Positions 11,442-23,965 are shown, counted from the stretch's first letter. The stretch is 64,000 nucleotides of DNA from an uncultured delta proteobacterium (GCA_963802945.1 CAWDKY010000027.1:1-64000); one strand, 5' to 3'. Numbers and translations: made by a program. Notes: generated by a model not told the origin, from the sequence alone.

Positions 11442-11575
11442 AAAACCCCACCTCTCTCCTGAGAAATGGGGTCTATTATGCTTTCATCGATACTCCCTTG
11501 ATAAAAGGTTGCCAACAAGAAAATATAATCAATATACTGTAAAATTTCTACCCCTCTACTGGCAAAAAGTCAATT
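11442..11575 (-). promoter_or_regulatory. Promoter + structured leader + terminator module, copy A
   Basis: TTGACT-17-TAGAAA, then TTTTCTTGTTGGCAACCTTTTATCAAGG and the hairpin ACCCCATTTCTC-AG-GAGAGAGGTGGGGTTTT. Homologous to 16853-16986. Confidence 0.65.
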
Positions 11576-12182
11576 AATTTCAAACGCCTTTTCGTTGATT
11601 ACTGATTGAACTCTTGTCTTTTTTCAAAAATGGAAGTTTGAGAATTACAGTAGGATGAAGGAACCTGCCCGTTCCGAGAAAGAAAAATTGGCTGTCTAGC
11701 ATATACGCGCTTTCAAACCGTATTTAATGACTCTACCAGAACACTCAACCTCTCGCTTTGTATTTGAAAATGTGGATTTTCGGAAAAAATTGAAGAAAAT
11801 GGGACACGGTGGAGTGATCTGCGGAAGCCCCGAAACCCTGGTCAAAGGCTTCCTCATAGAAAGGAGTCTGTGAATCCGATGAGTCTATTTCAAGTTCAAG
11901 GGTTTTGGGTTTGGGTGGGGGTCTCTGGTTAGTTTGCCAAAAGCCCAGGCCTTTTTCAATTGATTTGACAGGAAATCATGATTCCAACATACTGCCAAAA
12001 ATATTAAAGACGGGATCAGGATTGTCAAAAAATAAATCTCGATTATTATTGTTTTGTGAGCAACTCTGGAAAATAATACTTCTTCATGAAAAATATGTTA
12101 TAATAATTTATTTGTATACCCAGAAAGACATTATCGAGGCATAAAAGTAATAAACGCCTAGAAAGGAATCCCATAAAAGACC

Positions 12183-13184
12183 TTGGATCCAGAATTCAAA
12201 GATACACAAACCACAGGGCGTATGAGTTTTGAGAACAACCAGTTGGCCCAGAGCCTGTTCGGGGAACATAACCAGCACATTCGAATGGTAGAACAGAGAC
12301 TTGGCCTTAAGATCTCTACCAAGGGGAATACACTTCAGGTCCGGGGGGATGAACCCGATGTCTTTTTGGCCCGAAGATTGTTTACGGAATTGTACGGTCT
12401 TTTAAAAAAAGGCCATCCTCTTTATGACCATGATATTGATTTCGCCCTCCGTTTTCTTAAGGAGAATGCGGAGGCCGGCCTCCAGGAAGTTTTTTTGGAT
12501 GCGGTCTATGTCACCTCCCAGAAACGGATCATAACTCCCAAGACACAAAACCAGAAAGATTATATCGAGGCCATCCGGAAGTTCGATATTGTATTCGGGA
12601 TTGGGCCGGCCGGTACCGGGAAAACCTACCTGGCCATGTCCATGGCTATTTCCGCCCTGATGAAAAACGATGTCATACGTATTGTCCTGGCCAGGCCGGC
12701 CGTAGAGGCGGGTGAAAAGCTGGGATTCCTCCCCGGAGATCTTAGTGAGAAAGTAAATCCCTACCTTCGCCCTTTATACGATGCCCTTCATGATATGATG
12801 AATTTTGAAAAGGCCACCAAGCTGGTCCAGCGAGGGGTTATTGAAGTCGCCCCCCTGGCCTTTATGCGCGGACGAACCCTGAACGATTCCTTTGTCATTT
12901 TAGATGAGGCCCAAAATACCACCTCGGAACAGATGAAGATGTTTTTGACCCGTTTAGGTTTCAGCTCCAAGGCCGTAATCACCGGGGATATCACTCAGAT
13001 CGATCTGCCGGAAGGCAAAACATCGGGATTGGTCGAGGCCCGGCAACTGCTGGAAGGGGTCGAGGATATCGCTTTTATCCACTTCGGCAAGCAGGATGTC
13101 ATCCGACATCCTCTGGTCCAAAAAATAATCAAGGCCTATGAAGAATTAGAAGAAAAAAGACGAACCTTGAATGAGCGCACCTAA
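12183..13184 (+). CDS. phoH: PhoH family ATPase (YbeZ)
   Basis: [36 protein letters not shown] and GDITQIDL motifs. Confidence 0.95.
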   Translation: MDPEFKDTQTTGRMSFENNQLAQSLFGEHNQHIRMVEQRLGLKISTKGNTLQVRGDEPDVFLARRLFTELYGLLKKGHPLYDHDIDFALRFLKENAEAGLQEVFLDAVYVTSQKRIITPKTQNQKDYIEAIRKFDIVFGIGPAGTGKTYLAMSMAISALMKNDVIRIVLARPAVEAGEKLGFLPGDLSEKVNPYLRPLYDALHDMMNFEKATKLVQRGVIEVAPLAFMRGRTLNDSFVILDEAQNTTSEQMKMFLTRLGFSSKAVITGDITQIDLPEGKTSGLVEARQLLEGVEDIAFIHFGKQDVIRHPLVQKIIKAYEELEEKRRTLNERT

Positions 13185-13198
13185 AAAAGAAAGACCCC

Positions 13199-15613
13199 AT
13201 GGAAAAATCCGAAAAAAATAACAAGAAAAAGACCTTTAAAATTTCCCGATTAGGGGAAACCAAGAAAGTCTCTTTAAAAGAATATGTCAGTAATACCTGG
13301 CTGCATATTCTTTCGCTCTTAAAGGAAAATTTCTTTCTTCTATTTCTGTTTTGCCTGTTCATTTTGCTGATCAATACCTCCAGCTTATTTATCCCAGCCT
13401 CAACCTACCGGATAGGAGATGTAGCCGGCTACGCCATCAAGGCCTCGAAGGATATACTCATGGAAGACCCGACAGCCACAGAACGAAGAAGGCAAGAAGC
13501 GAGGGCATCGGTATTGGCTGTTTATGACTTTGATGAAAGGACAGGTTTGGAATTACAAAATAGAATCCGGCTTGGTTTTCAAGCCATGCGGGAAGAATTG
13601 AAGAAACAGCCAACTGCTCGAGAGGAAAAGGAAAATGCAGGACGTTCTAAATTAGAAAAAATTTGGGGGATTGAAATAACACCGGTTGAATTCGGAGCTT
13701 TGATCGAAGACCGTTTTTCCGAATCGTTTGAAATCAGTGTTGGTCAATTGATTCAATCCGTTATGGCGATCGGTGTAATTAACACTAAGCTGACCCTGAT
13801 GAACGAAGAAGGGAAAGGGCTTGTGGTTCGAAAAATACCTTCGAACCAGGAATTTAGAATCTATGAGATCGAACGATTCCCCGACCTCAATGAAGCCCGG
13901 GACCGCATTGAAAAAAGGTCGGATTATCTCCTAGTCGGTAAAAAAAGGACTTTTCGGTCTGTGGCGGTCAGCTTGGCACAGAAAATCATTGTTCCTAATT
14001 TATCTTTCAATAAGGCGGAAACCGAGACCCGGATCACACAGGCTGAGCAAAATATCCGTCCTGTCCTTTTCCAGATAAAAAAAGGGGAGGTCATAGTTCG
14101 AGAAGGAGAAATGATTACCGAGACTCAAATGGGCAAGATCCGGATGAATACTCAGAGTAAAAAGGGGATAGAGGTCCTTTGGACATCATTCGGTTTGGCC
14201 TTAATCTGGGGTTTGTTCATCTACATGGTCTATCAGACGGCTGTAAGGGGCGGTACCCTCCTGATCGGAACACTTCGAGATCTGATTTTTTTATCCTCCT
14301 TGTTGGCCGTTTCAGTTCTCTGCCTTCGATTCGCTGATTATCTGGCTATGATGTTAGCCGATAATCTCACCGGGATTCAGCCCTACAGTATGCTTCTGGC
14401 CGTCCCCATAGTCGCCGCACCTATGTTGATCAGTCTGGCCTTAGGACCCCTTCCGGCCCTTTTGTTTGGTTTGGTGCAGGCTTTTTTGGCAGTTACCTTC
14501 TGGTCAGGGTATCCTGAGTTGGCCCTCTATTTTGGCATCGCCGGCCTGTGGGCTTCCCAGGCTCGGGGGACCTGTCATAATCGGTGGGACCTGTTTCGTA
14601 TGGGTCTCTTTCTAGGTCTGATCAATATGGCCGCCATACTGGCCTTCCAGATGATGCGTGGAAGGTTGATTCATTGGGAAACCTTGATTAATTTCTGTTT
14701 CGGTTTTGCGGGAGGGATAGTTGCCGGGATTATAGCCATCGGATTCAGTCCCCTAGTGGAAAAAATATTCGGCTATACGACCGACATGAAACTACTGGAA
14801 CGGGCCAATATGGACCAGGTCCTGTTACGGGAGTTAATGATTCAGGCGCCGGGCACTTATCATCACAGCATCATCGTCGGGAACATGGTGGAAGCGGCTG
14901 CCGAAGGCATCGGGACCAATGCCCTGCTGGCCCGGGTGAGCGCCTACTATCATGATATCGGCAAGATTCAAAAACCCCTTTATTTCATCGAAAACCAGAC
15001 GGGTTATGAAAACAAACATGAAAAACTGGCCCCCTCCATGAGCGCTTTGATCCTGATCGCCCATGTTAAAGATGGGGTGGAAATGGCCCTCCAGCATAAA
15101 CTGGAGCCACCCATCGTTGATATCATCAGCCAGCATCATGGGACTGGTCTAATCTCCTTCTTTTATCAAAAAGCCCTGGACCTGAAAGGAGGGGATGCCA
15201 GTCAGGTGTCGATGGATGATTTTCGCTACCCCGGTCCAAAACCGCAGACCCGGGAGGCCGGACTGGTATTGCTGGCTGATTCCATAGAGGCGGCTTCCAG
15301 GACCCTGGTCGATCCCACCCCTGCCCGGATCCAGGGTTTGATACAAAGGATCATCCAACATGCCTTTTCCGACGGTCAACTGGATGAATGCGATTTGACC
15401 TTGAAAGATCTTTCTCTGATATCCGCCAGTTTTAATCAAATTTTAAACGGGATTTTCCATCATCGGATCGAATACCCTGAAGCCAGCATCAAAAGCGGGA
15501 GTGCCAGGAAAAAACCAAATGGAGATACAGATAAACAACCGGCAGACTCTGATAGACCCGGCAGAGATTCGGAAAATCAGTCTGCAGACCTCAAAGGCCT
15601 GGGGAACACCTAA
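13199..15613 (+). CDS. 7TM-HD phosphohydrolase (PgpH/YqfF-type, c-di-AMP phosphodiesterase-like)
   Basis: Extracellular domain, 7 TM segments, [28 protein letters not shown] and LADSIEAA; usual phoH-HD-ybeY synteny. Confidence 0.9.
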   Translation: MEKSEKNNKKKTFKISRLGETKKVSLKEYVSNTWLHILSLLKENFFLLFLFCLFILLINTSSLFIPASTYRIGDVAGYAIKASKDILMEDPTATERRRQEARASVLAVYDFDERTGLELQNRIRLGFQAMREELKKQPTAREEKENAGRSKLEKIWGIEITPVEFGALIEDRFSESFEISVGQLIQSVMAIGVINTKLTLMNEEGKGLVVRKIPSNQEFRIYEIERFPDLNEARDRIEKRSDYLLVGKKRTFRSVAVSLAQKIIVPNLSFNKAETETRITQAEQNIRPVLFQIKKGEVIVREGEMITETQMGKIRMNTQSKKGIEVLWTSFGLALIWGLFIYMVYQTAVRGGTLLIGTLRDLIFLSSLLAVSVLCLRFADYLAMMLADNLTGIQPYSMLLAVPIVAAPMLISLALGPLPALLFGLVQAFLAVTFWSGYPELALYFGIAGLWASQARGTCHNRWDLFRMGLFLGLINMAAILAFQMMRGRLIHWETLINFCFGFAGGIVAGIIAIGFSPLVEKIFGYTTDMKLLERANMDQVLLRELMIQAPGTYHHSIIVGNMVEAAAEGIGTNALLARVSAYYHDIGKIQKPLYFIENQTGYENKHEKLAPSMSALILIAHVKDGVEMALQHKLEPPIVDIISQHHGTGLISFFYQKALDLKGGDASQVSMDDFRYPGPKPQTREAGLVLLADSIEAASRTLVDPTPARIQGLIQRIIQHAFSDGQLDECDLTLKDLSLISASFNQILNGIFHHRIEYPEASIKSGSARKKPNGDTDKQPADSDRPGRDSENQSADLKGLGNT

Positions 15614-15968
15614 AGGGGAAGTCAGTCTTCTCTTGGTTGAGGACCGGGAGATGTCTCGCTATAACAGGAGATATCTGGGCCGAAAAGGTCCGACCAATGT
15701 CCTGGCCTTTCCCATGAAAGAAGGCCTGTTTCCGGAGATCAATCCCCAACTCTGGGGAGACGTGGTTATTTCCACCGAAACCGCCGGACGGGAGGCTCAG
15801 GAAGCCGGGATAACGCTAAACGAACGCCTTCAATTCTTATTGATTCATGGGTTATTACATTTATCCGGTTATGATCACGAAGGCTCGGCGTTGGAGGCCC
15901 GGCGGATGGAATCCAAGGCCGAGGAAATCATGACCCGTATCGAAACCAACAAAAAGGAGGAAACAAGG
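15519..15968 (+). CDS. ybeY: rRNA maturation RNase YbeY (no stop before pdxJ)
   Basis: [16 protein letters not shown] and [11 protein letters not shown] zinc motif; runs in frame into pdxJ. Confidence 0.9.
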
Positions 15969-16695
15969 ATGCAAATCCCCCGTTTGGCCGTCAATGTGGA
16001 TCACGTCGCCACCATACGCCAGGCCAGAAAGATTGATGAACCCGATCCGGTTATGGCCGCCGGCATAGCCGAACTGGCCGGAGCTGAAGGGATCATTGTT
16101 CACCTGCGTGAAGATCGAAGACATATTCAAGACCGCGATCTTTTTATTTTGAAAGAAACCGTCAAAACCAAATTGAACCTGGAAATGGCTGCAGCGGAAG
16201 AAATCATTCGGATCGCCTTGAAAGTCCGCCCGCCGATGGTTACCCTGGTGCCGGAAAAAAGGCAGGAATTGACCACCGAAGGGGGACTCGATGTCCAAGG
16301 ACAGCAGAAAGGATTGAAGGAAACCATCAAACGGCTGCACCGAGGCAAAGATAGCCGTCAGTCTGTTCGTGGATGCCGATCCGGAGCAGATTCGGGCCTC
16401 CAAGGAAGTAGGGGCCGAGATCATCGAACTGCATACCGGTCATTATGCCGAGGCCAAAACGGAAAAAGAGGTTTTGCGGCTTTTTGAACGGATTGTATCC
16501 GGGGCGCAACTGGGTGTCCAATTAGGCTTGAAGGTCAGCGCCGGTCACGGGCTCAATTACGTCAACATCAAGCGGTTTCAGGGATTGGAAGACATCACAG
16601 AATACAGTATCGGCCACAGTATTATTGCCCGGGCCGTTTATGTGGGACTGGATCAGGCCGTACGTGAGATGGTGGCTTTGGTAGAACAATTATAG
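15969..16695 (+). CDS. pdxJ: Pyridoxine 5'-phosphate synthase (frameshift near 16348)
   Basis: [48 protein letters not shown] and SIGHSI; AGGAGG RBS upstream. Confidence 0.93.
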
Positions 16696-16852
16696 GCGGT
16701 TACATCGAGGAATAGAGAAACTGTGAAAGTCAGGATTTGACTATACAGGCATTGTCAATTTTGATGATGACTTCTTCCTGAAGTCCGCAAAATTCAATTT
16801 TGAAAAAATCAGAAGAGTACAAACGGTAATTAATGAAAAGAACCTATAATTT

Positions 16853-16986
16853 TATTGACTTTTTGGCAATTGAGTTATAAAAAGCCTATAACCAATTAAA
16901 ATGTTTTCTTGCTGGCAACCTTTAATCAAGGAGCGTCAATGGAAGAATATTAAACCCCATTTCTCAACAGAGCGATGGGGTTTTTT
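16853..16986 (+). promoter_or_regulatory. Promoter + structured leader + terminator module, copy B
   Basis: TTGACT (16855), then TTTTCTTGCTGGCAACCTTTAATCAAGG and the hairpin AAACCCCATTTCTC-AACA-GAGCGATGGGGTTTTTT. Confidence 0.65.
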
Positions 16987-17070
16987 ATAATTATCATATT
17001 AAACGATTGAAAACAGTGTATATCAGGTCATATTAGATTAAATTAAATAAATTAAAGAGAGGAGAATGTA

Positions 17071-17806
17071 ATGTCTAATCGTAATGTTCCATTTATTACC
17101 CAGGTGATGAGGTGTTCTTTTATCTTAATAGTTATCTTTCTGTGTTCCAATATTGCTTATGGAGGAGCTTTTGATAAGTTAAAGTCAGCAGTTCCAGGGG
17201 GGTCTAAGGATGAATCTCAAAAGGGCACAGCAAGCGTGTCAAGGGAAGGAATAGACAACGTATATAATTTGCTTGCGCAAGCCGACACCCTTTTAAAAAA
17301 ATCGGTCGATATTACTTTCAAAATGCTGGCAAATAAGGAAGATATAGAGCGAATCGAAAGACGAATGAAGGAAATTGAAAGTATAAAAGACCCCAAAGAA
17401 AAAGAGGCTGAAATTATTAAAATAAGGCAAGATGAAATGGTAGCAGTCAACAAAGCAACAGAACAAAAGGAGACCGCCGAGAAGGTTAAAAACCTCAACG
17501 ACGAGCAAAAACAGCTCTTGGGGAAGGCAATTTATAATATCTTTTTGGCCGGGTTGATGGATAAGGGAGCCCTCGAAACATCTAAACAGTTAATCCAAGG
17601 GAATAAAGGCTAACCCCACAACTGCCGCAACTTTTGCCGGGGATGCAACTAAACTTACCGACATCGCCTCCAATTTGCCGTCCCAAATCGATAAAATATA
17701 TAATTTAGGAGGAAATTTAATTAAACTAGCCCAGGAAGCGAAGATTGAAGTGGCCTTACCTAAATCCTCATCAGAACCGGCGAAGGAGGTTGAATTAAAA
17801 AATTAA
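17071..17806 (+). CDS. Secreted helical hypothetical protein (frameshift near 17600)
   Basis: Signal peptide and GAGGAG RBS; the second frame continues to TAA at 17804-17806. Confidence 0.6.
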
Positions 17807-17807
17807 A

Positions 17808-18370
17808 ATGAAAATAGGTCACAATAAATTTAGATTTATACTTCCCACTCTGTTAGTCACCATTTTTATCATTATCATCTCATGCGACAGGGTGAAGGAG
17901 ATGGTTTCGTCGAAGGAAGAAGTTAAATTAAGCAGTAAAACAGCGATGGTTTCCCAACCTGCTGCCACCACCAAAGGAAATGTCTCTTTTGATAATGACT
18001 CTTTTTATGAAGCGATTAAAGCCCTGTACAGAAAGATTACGACACGGCCCTTCAGTATGCTGAGAAAGCCGGAAAAAGCCGCCCCAATGACTCTATTTGT
18101 TTATATATTAAGGCTCAGGCGCAGTCGATGAAGGGAGATACCTTTGGAGCTTTGAAAACTTTAGACGAAGCCCTTCATAATGGTTTCAACAACAAGGAAA
18201 TATTAACCACGGACATCCACCTCGCCGAGATAAGGAAAATGAATGCTTTTGGAGAACTCCTTGGAAAATATGGGATTAATTATAAAGGCCAAAGGGGTTC
18301 AAAAAGGAAATCGATTAATTCGGATGAAAATTCAATAAAGGCAGGGGATGTCGAAATCAGAGTAAAGTAA
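17808..18370 (+). CDS. Lipoprotein with TPR-like repeat (frameshifted)
   Basis: Lipobox IIISC; C-terminal part GDTFGALKTLDEALHNGF..LTTDIHLAEIR resembles a terminal TPR. Confidence 0.6.
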
Positions 18371-18391
18371 AAGCTAAAGGAGGGTAGTAAA

Positions 18392-19861
18392 ATGGAATGG
18401 TTAACGAAGTTTTTGCCATTTGCCCTGATCTGGGTGGTTTCCTTTTTTATTATCAATTCAGCGCTGGCTATTGAAATCGAAGTACAAGGGGAGGGGAGGG
18501 CGGAAATAACCCAGGATATAGCCTCAGTCCAATACAACGCCAAAAAAGAAGCGATACGAAATGCGGTGACAATGGCCGTAAATAGATTGTTACGGACCGG
18601 AGGCAATAGAATGACCCAAAAAGTACAACAAAAATTCGAAGAAGTCCTTTCCCAAATTAATGTCTTTAAAGTCAAACAAAATGATACCGCTAGAAAAGAA
18701 GGGAACATTTATATAGTTAATACAGTGTTGATCTTCGACGAGACAAAATTTCGTCAACTCCTTTCAGACATGGGAATTGCATTAGGAACAACCGTCGTCC
18801 GTTCGAGCGCCATAATAACTTTAATGGACGAGTTTTTTACCACCCCCTCCGATTTGCAAACCTCGGCCCCTCTGACAGAAATAACTGTTTACAAGTCTGA
18901 CCGTGATGCTAAATATAAAGAAGGAGAGGCCCTTTCAACAAAGAATATTAAATCAAAGGCCGTTTCGGCTCAGGAACAGGGGGTAGGATCAGTCGATGCA
19001 GCCTCTTTGAAAAAAAACACTCTCAAATATGGAAGTTTTGTAAATGCCTCAGATAACGAACATGAATTTTTCACCAACATTAAAGTATATCAACCGAAGA
19101 ATAATATCCCAGACAAACAGAATTTTACGATTAAGGCATTACAATCTGCTTATCAAACATATGATATAAGGATTCTTGATAATGACCTATTCCGTAGCAA
19201 GTATTTTAAGGACCGGGCTATAACTATTGATAAGTTGGAAAATAGTGCTGACTTAGCTAAGTATATCAAGTTTTCACGGGACGAGGCAAAAGCTGATTTT
19301 TTTAGTGTAGGGTCTTCGATTATTGTGGAAAGGGGGAAGGACCCATCCATAGACAAATTTGTGTGCGATGGCATGGTGGCTCTTAAAGTTTACTCAACCC
19401 TTGACAGTGAGGCTATTGCTTCCGGGGCTTTGACCGAATCGGCGTCGGGAAACTCGCCTGACCAATGCCGGGCCAATGTTGCGAAAAAGATTGGTGAGAA
19501 TTTAGGCTTTGTCATATCGAATAAGATCCAAGATTACTGGAAAAAAAGGCAGATGTATGGAATGGAATATGTCGTTATTTTGACCGGTAATTTTCCCCCC
19601 ATGGCCCGCATTCAGTTCACCAATACTATTAAGAATACTCAGGGGGTCACAAATGTAAAACCGAGGACAGCTGAACCCGGGAAATACGAATTTATCCTTT
19701 CTTATAACGGAAATGATCCTCTTGCCGATGCCCTATTTGCCCAAATAGCCGCCTCCCCACTGGCTGCTTTGTTTAGTAATTATGATTATACCGTCGATGG
19801 GAATCAGGTAAAGTTTTATCCGGTTGCAAGCACAAAACGCAAAGGGAAACAAAAGAAATGA
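18392..19861 (+). CDS. Secreted protein with an LPP20/FlgT-N-like N-terminus
   Basis: Signal peptide ending SALA; IEVQGEGRA..AKKEAIRNAV pattern; intact 489-aa ORF. Confidence 0.55.
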   Translation: MEWLTKFLPFALIWVVSFFIINSALAIEIEVQGEGRAEITQDIASVQYNAKKEAIRNAVTMAVNRLLRTGGNRMTQKVQQKFEEVLSQINVFKVKQNDTARKEGNIYIVNTVLIFDETKFRQLLSDMGIALGTTVVRSSAIITLMDEFFTTPSDLQTSAPLTEITVYKSDRDAKYKEGEALSTKNIKSKAVSAQEQGVGSVDAASLKKNTLKYGSFVNASDNEHEFFTNIKVYQPKNNIPDKQNFTIKALQSAYQTYDIRILDNDLFRSKYFKDRAITIDKLENSADLAKYIKFSRDEAKADFFSVGSSIIVERGKDPSIDKFVCDGMVALKVYSTLDSEAIASGALTESASGNSPDQCRANVAKKIGENLGFVISNKIQDYWKKRQMYGMEYVVILTGNFPPMARIQFTNTIKNTQGVTNVKPRTAEPGKYEFILSYNGNDPLADALFAQIAASPLAALFSNYDYTVDGNQVKFYPVASTKRKGKQKK

Positions 19862-21663
19862 AAAAACCTCTGATTATCCTATCAGGGCTGATATGTTTAA
19901 TATATTAGTCAATTGCCTACGCCCAAGAGAGTTTTAAAGTCTATCCAGTCCAAGGTATTTTCCTTTCGGACAGAGCCACCGAAAACCATTTATTTAAAAA
20001 AGCACTTTCTTCGGACAATTAGGGTAATAATTTATCCTATGCTCTCGATCAATTTAACAACAATTTTAAGGCAAACTTCTCGAATGTCGTTGATACGTTA
20101 GACAACAAAAATAAATACAATACCTTTGTCGTCTGGATTCAGATCTCGAGGGTTTCTCAATACAAAATAATAAAATTTCAAAAGCTTATCTATTATTCCC
20201 CCTAACCGTGAGTTTAATTTTGCGAATATGGTCACTGGAGAAATCCTTTATTCCTATTCCTATACCTACTATGCGAGATATGAAACAATTAAACAATAGG
20301 ATGATCAACTTTCGAACATCAACAAAGAAAATAGAATTATACAACTTTATAAGGATACTTACAGTGAACTCATAAAAAAAATTATTCAAACTTCTAAAGA
20401 AAAATTTAATCCTTTTTCAGTGCGGTCAGAAATCAAGAAAGACTGGAATGATAATTTTATTTTGGATAAAGGGACTGAGGCAGGAATAATAAAGGGGGAC
20501 ATTTTGGTTGATCGATACGGCACCCAAATCACCGTTCTCCACTCTTCAAATAAAATTTCGATTGCCCAGGGCCTTTTGGGGGAGAAAAGGAATGACTCAC
20601 AGTTCATAAAGTTTTAGAATGAATCTCTGTATGAGCTTAAAAAGCCCAAAGTCCTTCTCTAAGCATATGATTGAAAAGCTTGATAGCCGAGTTACGGAAA
20701 AGTGTCGATCATCAACTCATCATTAATGCTGGTATTAGGTTTCTCTTCTTTATGTCATTACATAGTCTTCATATGTTCATAAAGTGAGTTGTTGAAATGA
20801 TCCATCCAACCCAGGAGATTACATATAATATGGAAACACCCGACTATCTCCTTATAGTTTCATTTCGCAGGACCATTACATCCGAAATCACCTTCGATGA
20901 AACCTTATATATCCTATGAGACGATAAAGTAATTGTCGTGGCAATCATCGGATAGAGTGGAGAACTCATTTAGTACTTCTGTGCGAATGAAGAGATCAAC
21001 GGATGAAGTATTCGGAGACATAAGATTTTCGAATGAAGCCGGGAAGAAGTGATCATCAAGAATGTCATAATCAAGCTTTCAACGCATTTTATTGATAAGG
21101 TCAAGATCGACAAGGTTGAGCCTCATCAGGAAATATATGGAAATTGATAGATATTGAATATTTTATTATTATTCTTTTGCCTGTAAGAAAATATCATAAA
21201 TTTTTATAAATTGGTAAACTGGAGGGAATAGATGAGGATATTATATTCTGACTAAGGATGTAAGGTCTATATTGTTAAGCGGAAATACAGCAATAGCAAG
21301 CACGATCTTGCCACTATCAGCGAAAAATCGAGCACCTTCAGTCAGAGATAAAGTCATTCGATGGACATCATTATGAACTATGAGAATAAAACAAAGCGAT
21401 CACAGATGTGCTCAAGTCGGTCCCGTAGATAGAGGATTCACTATATTTTGGACTATTTTGAAACAACTCGTTCCATTTATAGATTCGAGGGAACTAAGGC
21501 TTCCTTTTATGCCGGGAAAGATTTCGAAAATAATATTGGAAAAGGCTTTAACGAAGGAGGATTGGCTTTAAGAGAAAATCTGAAATTCCGCAGACAAAAA
21601 GCGATGACTGCCTTGAAGACAGAAAAATCGAAAAACAGGCCATTCTCATTGATAACAATGTAA
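19858..21663 (+). pseudogene. Heavily disrupted secreted protein gene (FlgT-C-like segment)
   Basis: Starts with a signal peptide overlapping the previous stop; fragments such as FILDKGTEAGIIKGDIL; many stops and frameshifts. Confidence 0.45.
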
Positions 21664-22186
21664 TTACTTAACAAGCGCTCTGTAATCTCAGGTGTGAAAT
21701 TTATGAGAAAAAATAATATTATCTGGAAGAAAGGCTTACAACAAAATATAAACGTATCAGCTCAATAAATTGAAAAAATATCGTGGGTCATGAATATATT
21801 AAAATACATAACTCTATTTGTTGGATAATATTGTAAAGAAAATAGAAATAAACAAACCTTAACCCTGGCACAAATCCCTATATCCTCATTCGCCAAGCAA
21901 AATTGACGGTGACATGTCATACACACATGAGGCTGATATAAACCTGGGTTTTGGGATACAATACCCGGCTGGCGGGAAGGGCAGGCGACTCTTCCAATTC
22001 CTTCATCAAAGAGGGTGGTGGAATCGGTAACTTTGATCGGATATCTCCATTTGTAATCCATACTTTTGAGCATGTTTCGTGGACTGTAGGTGTAAGCCGC
22101 AAGAAGAGTTATCTGGACACCGTACCGTTACGCAGGCACCGGTCGGACAATGAGCTGCCTTAAGGGCCCTGGACTCTGTTGCCGGA

Positions 22187-22745
22187 TCAGATGTCCAATT
22201 CTTCCTTAATTTGTTGGATAAGTCTATCTAAATCAGATCCAAAGTCGTCAACAATAATCGCCCCGGTGGAATCTCTCTCTACTTTGGCAATCCCAGGATA
22301 TTCCTTTTCCATTCTCTGTAAGATCAAATTCTGCTGTTTGACCTTTCTTAAAAGCTGTCGGCTCTTTTCAGCCAGTTCTTTCTGTTGAATCGCTTGGCGA
22401 ATGGTAAGGCGGATTTCCTGTTCGTTACACGGTTTCATCAAGAAACGATAAATGTGTCCTTCGTTGATAGCACGTACCGCCACATTCAAGTTTGCATGCC
22501 CAGTCAGCATGATTCTGATGGTTTCCGGATAGTTACGGTACACCACAGCAAGAAACTCGGACCCCGACATACCCGGCATCATTTCGTCGGAGATGACAAC
22601 GGCTATAGTCTCACGAGCCAGAATCTGGAGCGCTTCATTGGCGGAACCGGCACTCAAGATCTCGAATGGCTCCCTATGAAGGGTTCGTCTTCAATGCTTC
22701 GGTAACGTGAGGTTCATCGTCGACAAGAAGAATTTTGTGCGGCAT
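22187..22745 (-). CDS. Response regulator receiver protein (frameshift near 22685)
   Basis: MPHKILLVDDE, ISDEMMPGMSG, IMLTGHA and FLMKP. Confidence 0.85.
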
Positions 22746-22906
22746 TAGGATGCTCCTTTTTGATGAAAGAAGTATAAATTAGGAAAGAAAGGTGGTCAAG
22801 GATAAAAATAAGGTCAGTGAAACGGGTTCCCAATTGTGGTGAAAAGGAATATCGAATAGCGAATTGGCATTGATCCTCAATTTTTTATTCCTTCATCCTG
22901 CACCTT

Positions 22907-23922
22907 TTATCTTGCTTGGTGTGTTTTTTTATTCTCGCATTCTACACTTGGAACCAATCCTAAATCCCTTATCTCCTGAATATCCACCTTGGGGTTTCTT
23001 CCCTCGGTTGTCAGATAATTCCCAATCATCGTCCCATTACATCCGGCCATATACATTAGAGGCTGCAAGGTGCGGAGTCCTTTTTCCCTTCCGCCACAGG
23101 TTCGAATATCCGCTTGGGGAAGGATAAAACGAAAAAGAGCTATGATCTTTAAAAGTTCCAATGGAGGCAAAGGAGGACGGCCCTCAAGAGGTGTGCCGGG
23201 AATTGCATTTAAAAAATTCATAGGAATCGAATCGACCCCTAACTCCCTTAAGGTAAAAGCCATCTCCAGACGCTGTTCCATAGTTTCTCCCAGGCCGAAT
23301 ATTCCCCCGGAACAGACACGAAACCCTTCTTCTTTAGCCATCTGAATGGTCTTGACCCGAGCCTCAAAAGAATGGGTGGTGCAGATGGAAGGATAAAAGC
23401 TGGGGGCGGTTTCGATATTGTGATGATAGGATGTCAGCCCGGCCTGTTTTAAGGCCTTAGCCGTATCCGGAGTCAGCAGACCCAAAGAAGCACAGGGGCT
23501 GATTTGTCCTTCTGCAGTAAGGATAGAAATCACCTGACAAACCCTGTCCAATTCTTTTGGCTTGACAGGCAGCGCCCGCTGGTAACGATGCCAAAGCGTC
23601 CGGCCTTGTTGTCAAAGGCTTTATGGGCCGAATCCGAGAAATTCGTCGTTTTCTAACAGAGGATAATTCGGGGCCTCTGTGGGATACCAGGAGGATTGGG
23701 CACAAAAGGCACAATCTTCGGAACAGCGGCCGGATTTGGCGTTGACAATGGCACAAAGATCAACGGTCTCCCCTTTAAATTTATGCCGTATTTTATTGGC
23801 CCAGTAAATAAGATCGAATATCGCCTCCGGCCCTTTCTTCTCGCCCAACTGACCGGCCTAGCCTGGGTTAACGCTTCTCCGCCCAATACTTTTTCCCCGA
23901 ATAACGAGATAATGTTTTGCAA
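22907..23922 (-). CDS. bioB: Biotin synthase (several frameshifts)
   Basis: NAKSGRCSEDCAFCAQS radical-SAM motif, YHHNIET, CSGGIFGLGE and GNYLTT; TTG start after AGGAG. Confidence 0.92.
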
Positions 23923-23937
23923 AACAAATCTCCTATA

Positions 23938-23965
23938 GTTAACCATTTTTTAATAATTGGTTAAC
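23938..23965. promoter_or_regulatory. BirA operator upstream of bioB
   Basis: GTTAACC-N14-GGTTAAC, matching the AACC-N14-GGTT BirA box architecture, adjacent to the bioB RBS. Confidence 0.75.

Noticed and set aside
11650-11875. Possible 3' gene fragment (..FENVDFRKKLKKMGHGGVICGSPETL..)
   Set aside because: No start and no family recognised.
21890-22170. Short ORFs on both strands between the secreted cluster and the response regulator
   Set aside because: No recognisable motif or RBS; could be a gene fragment but cannot be assigned.
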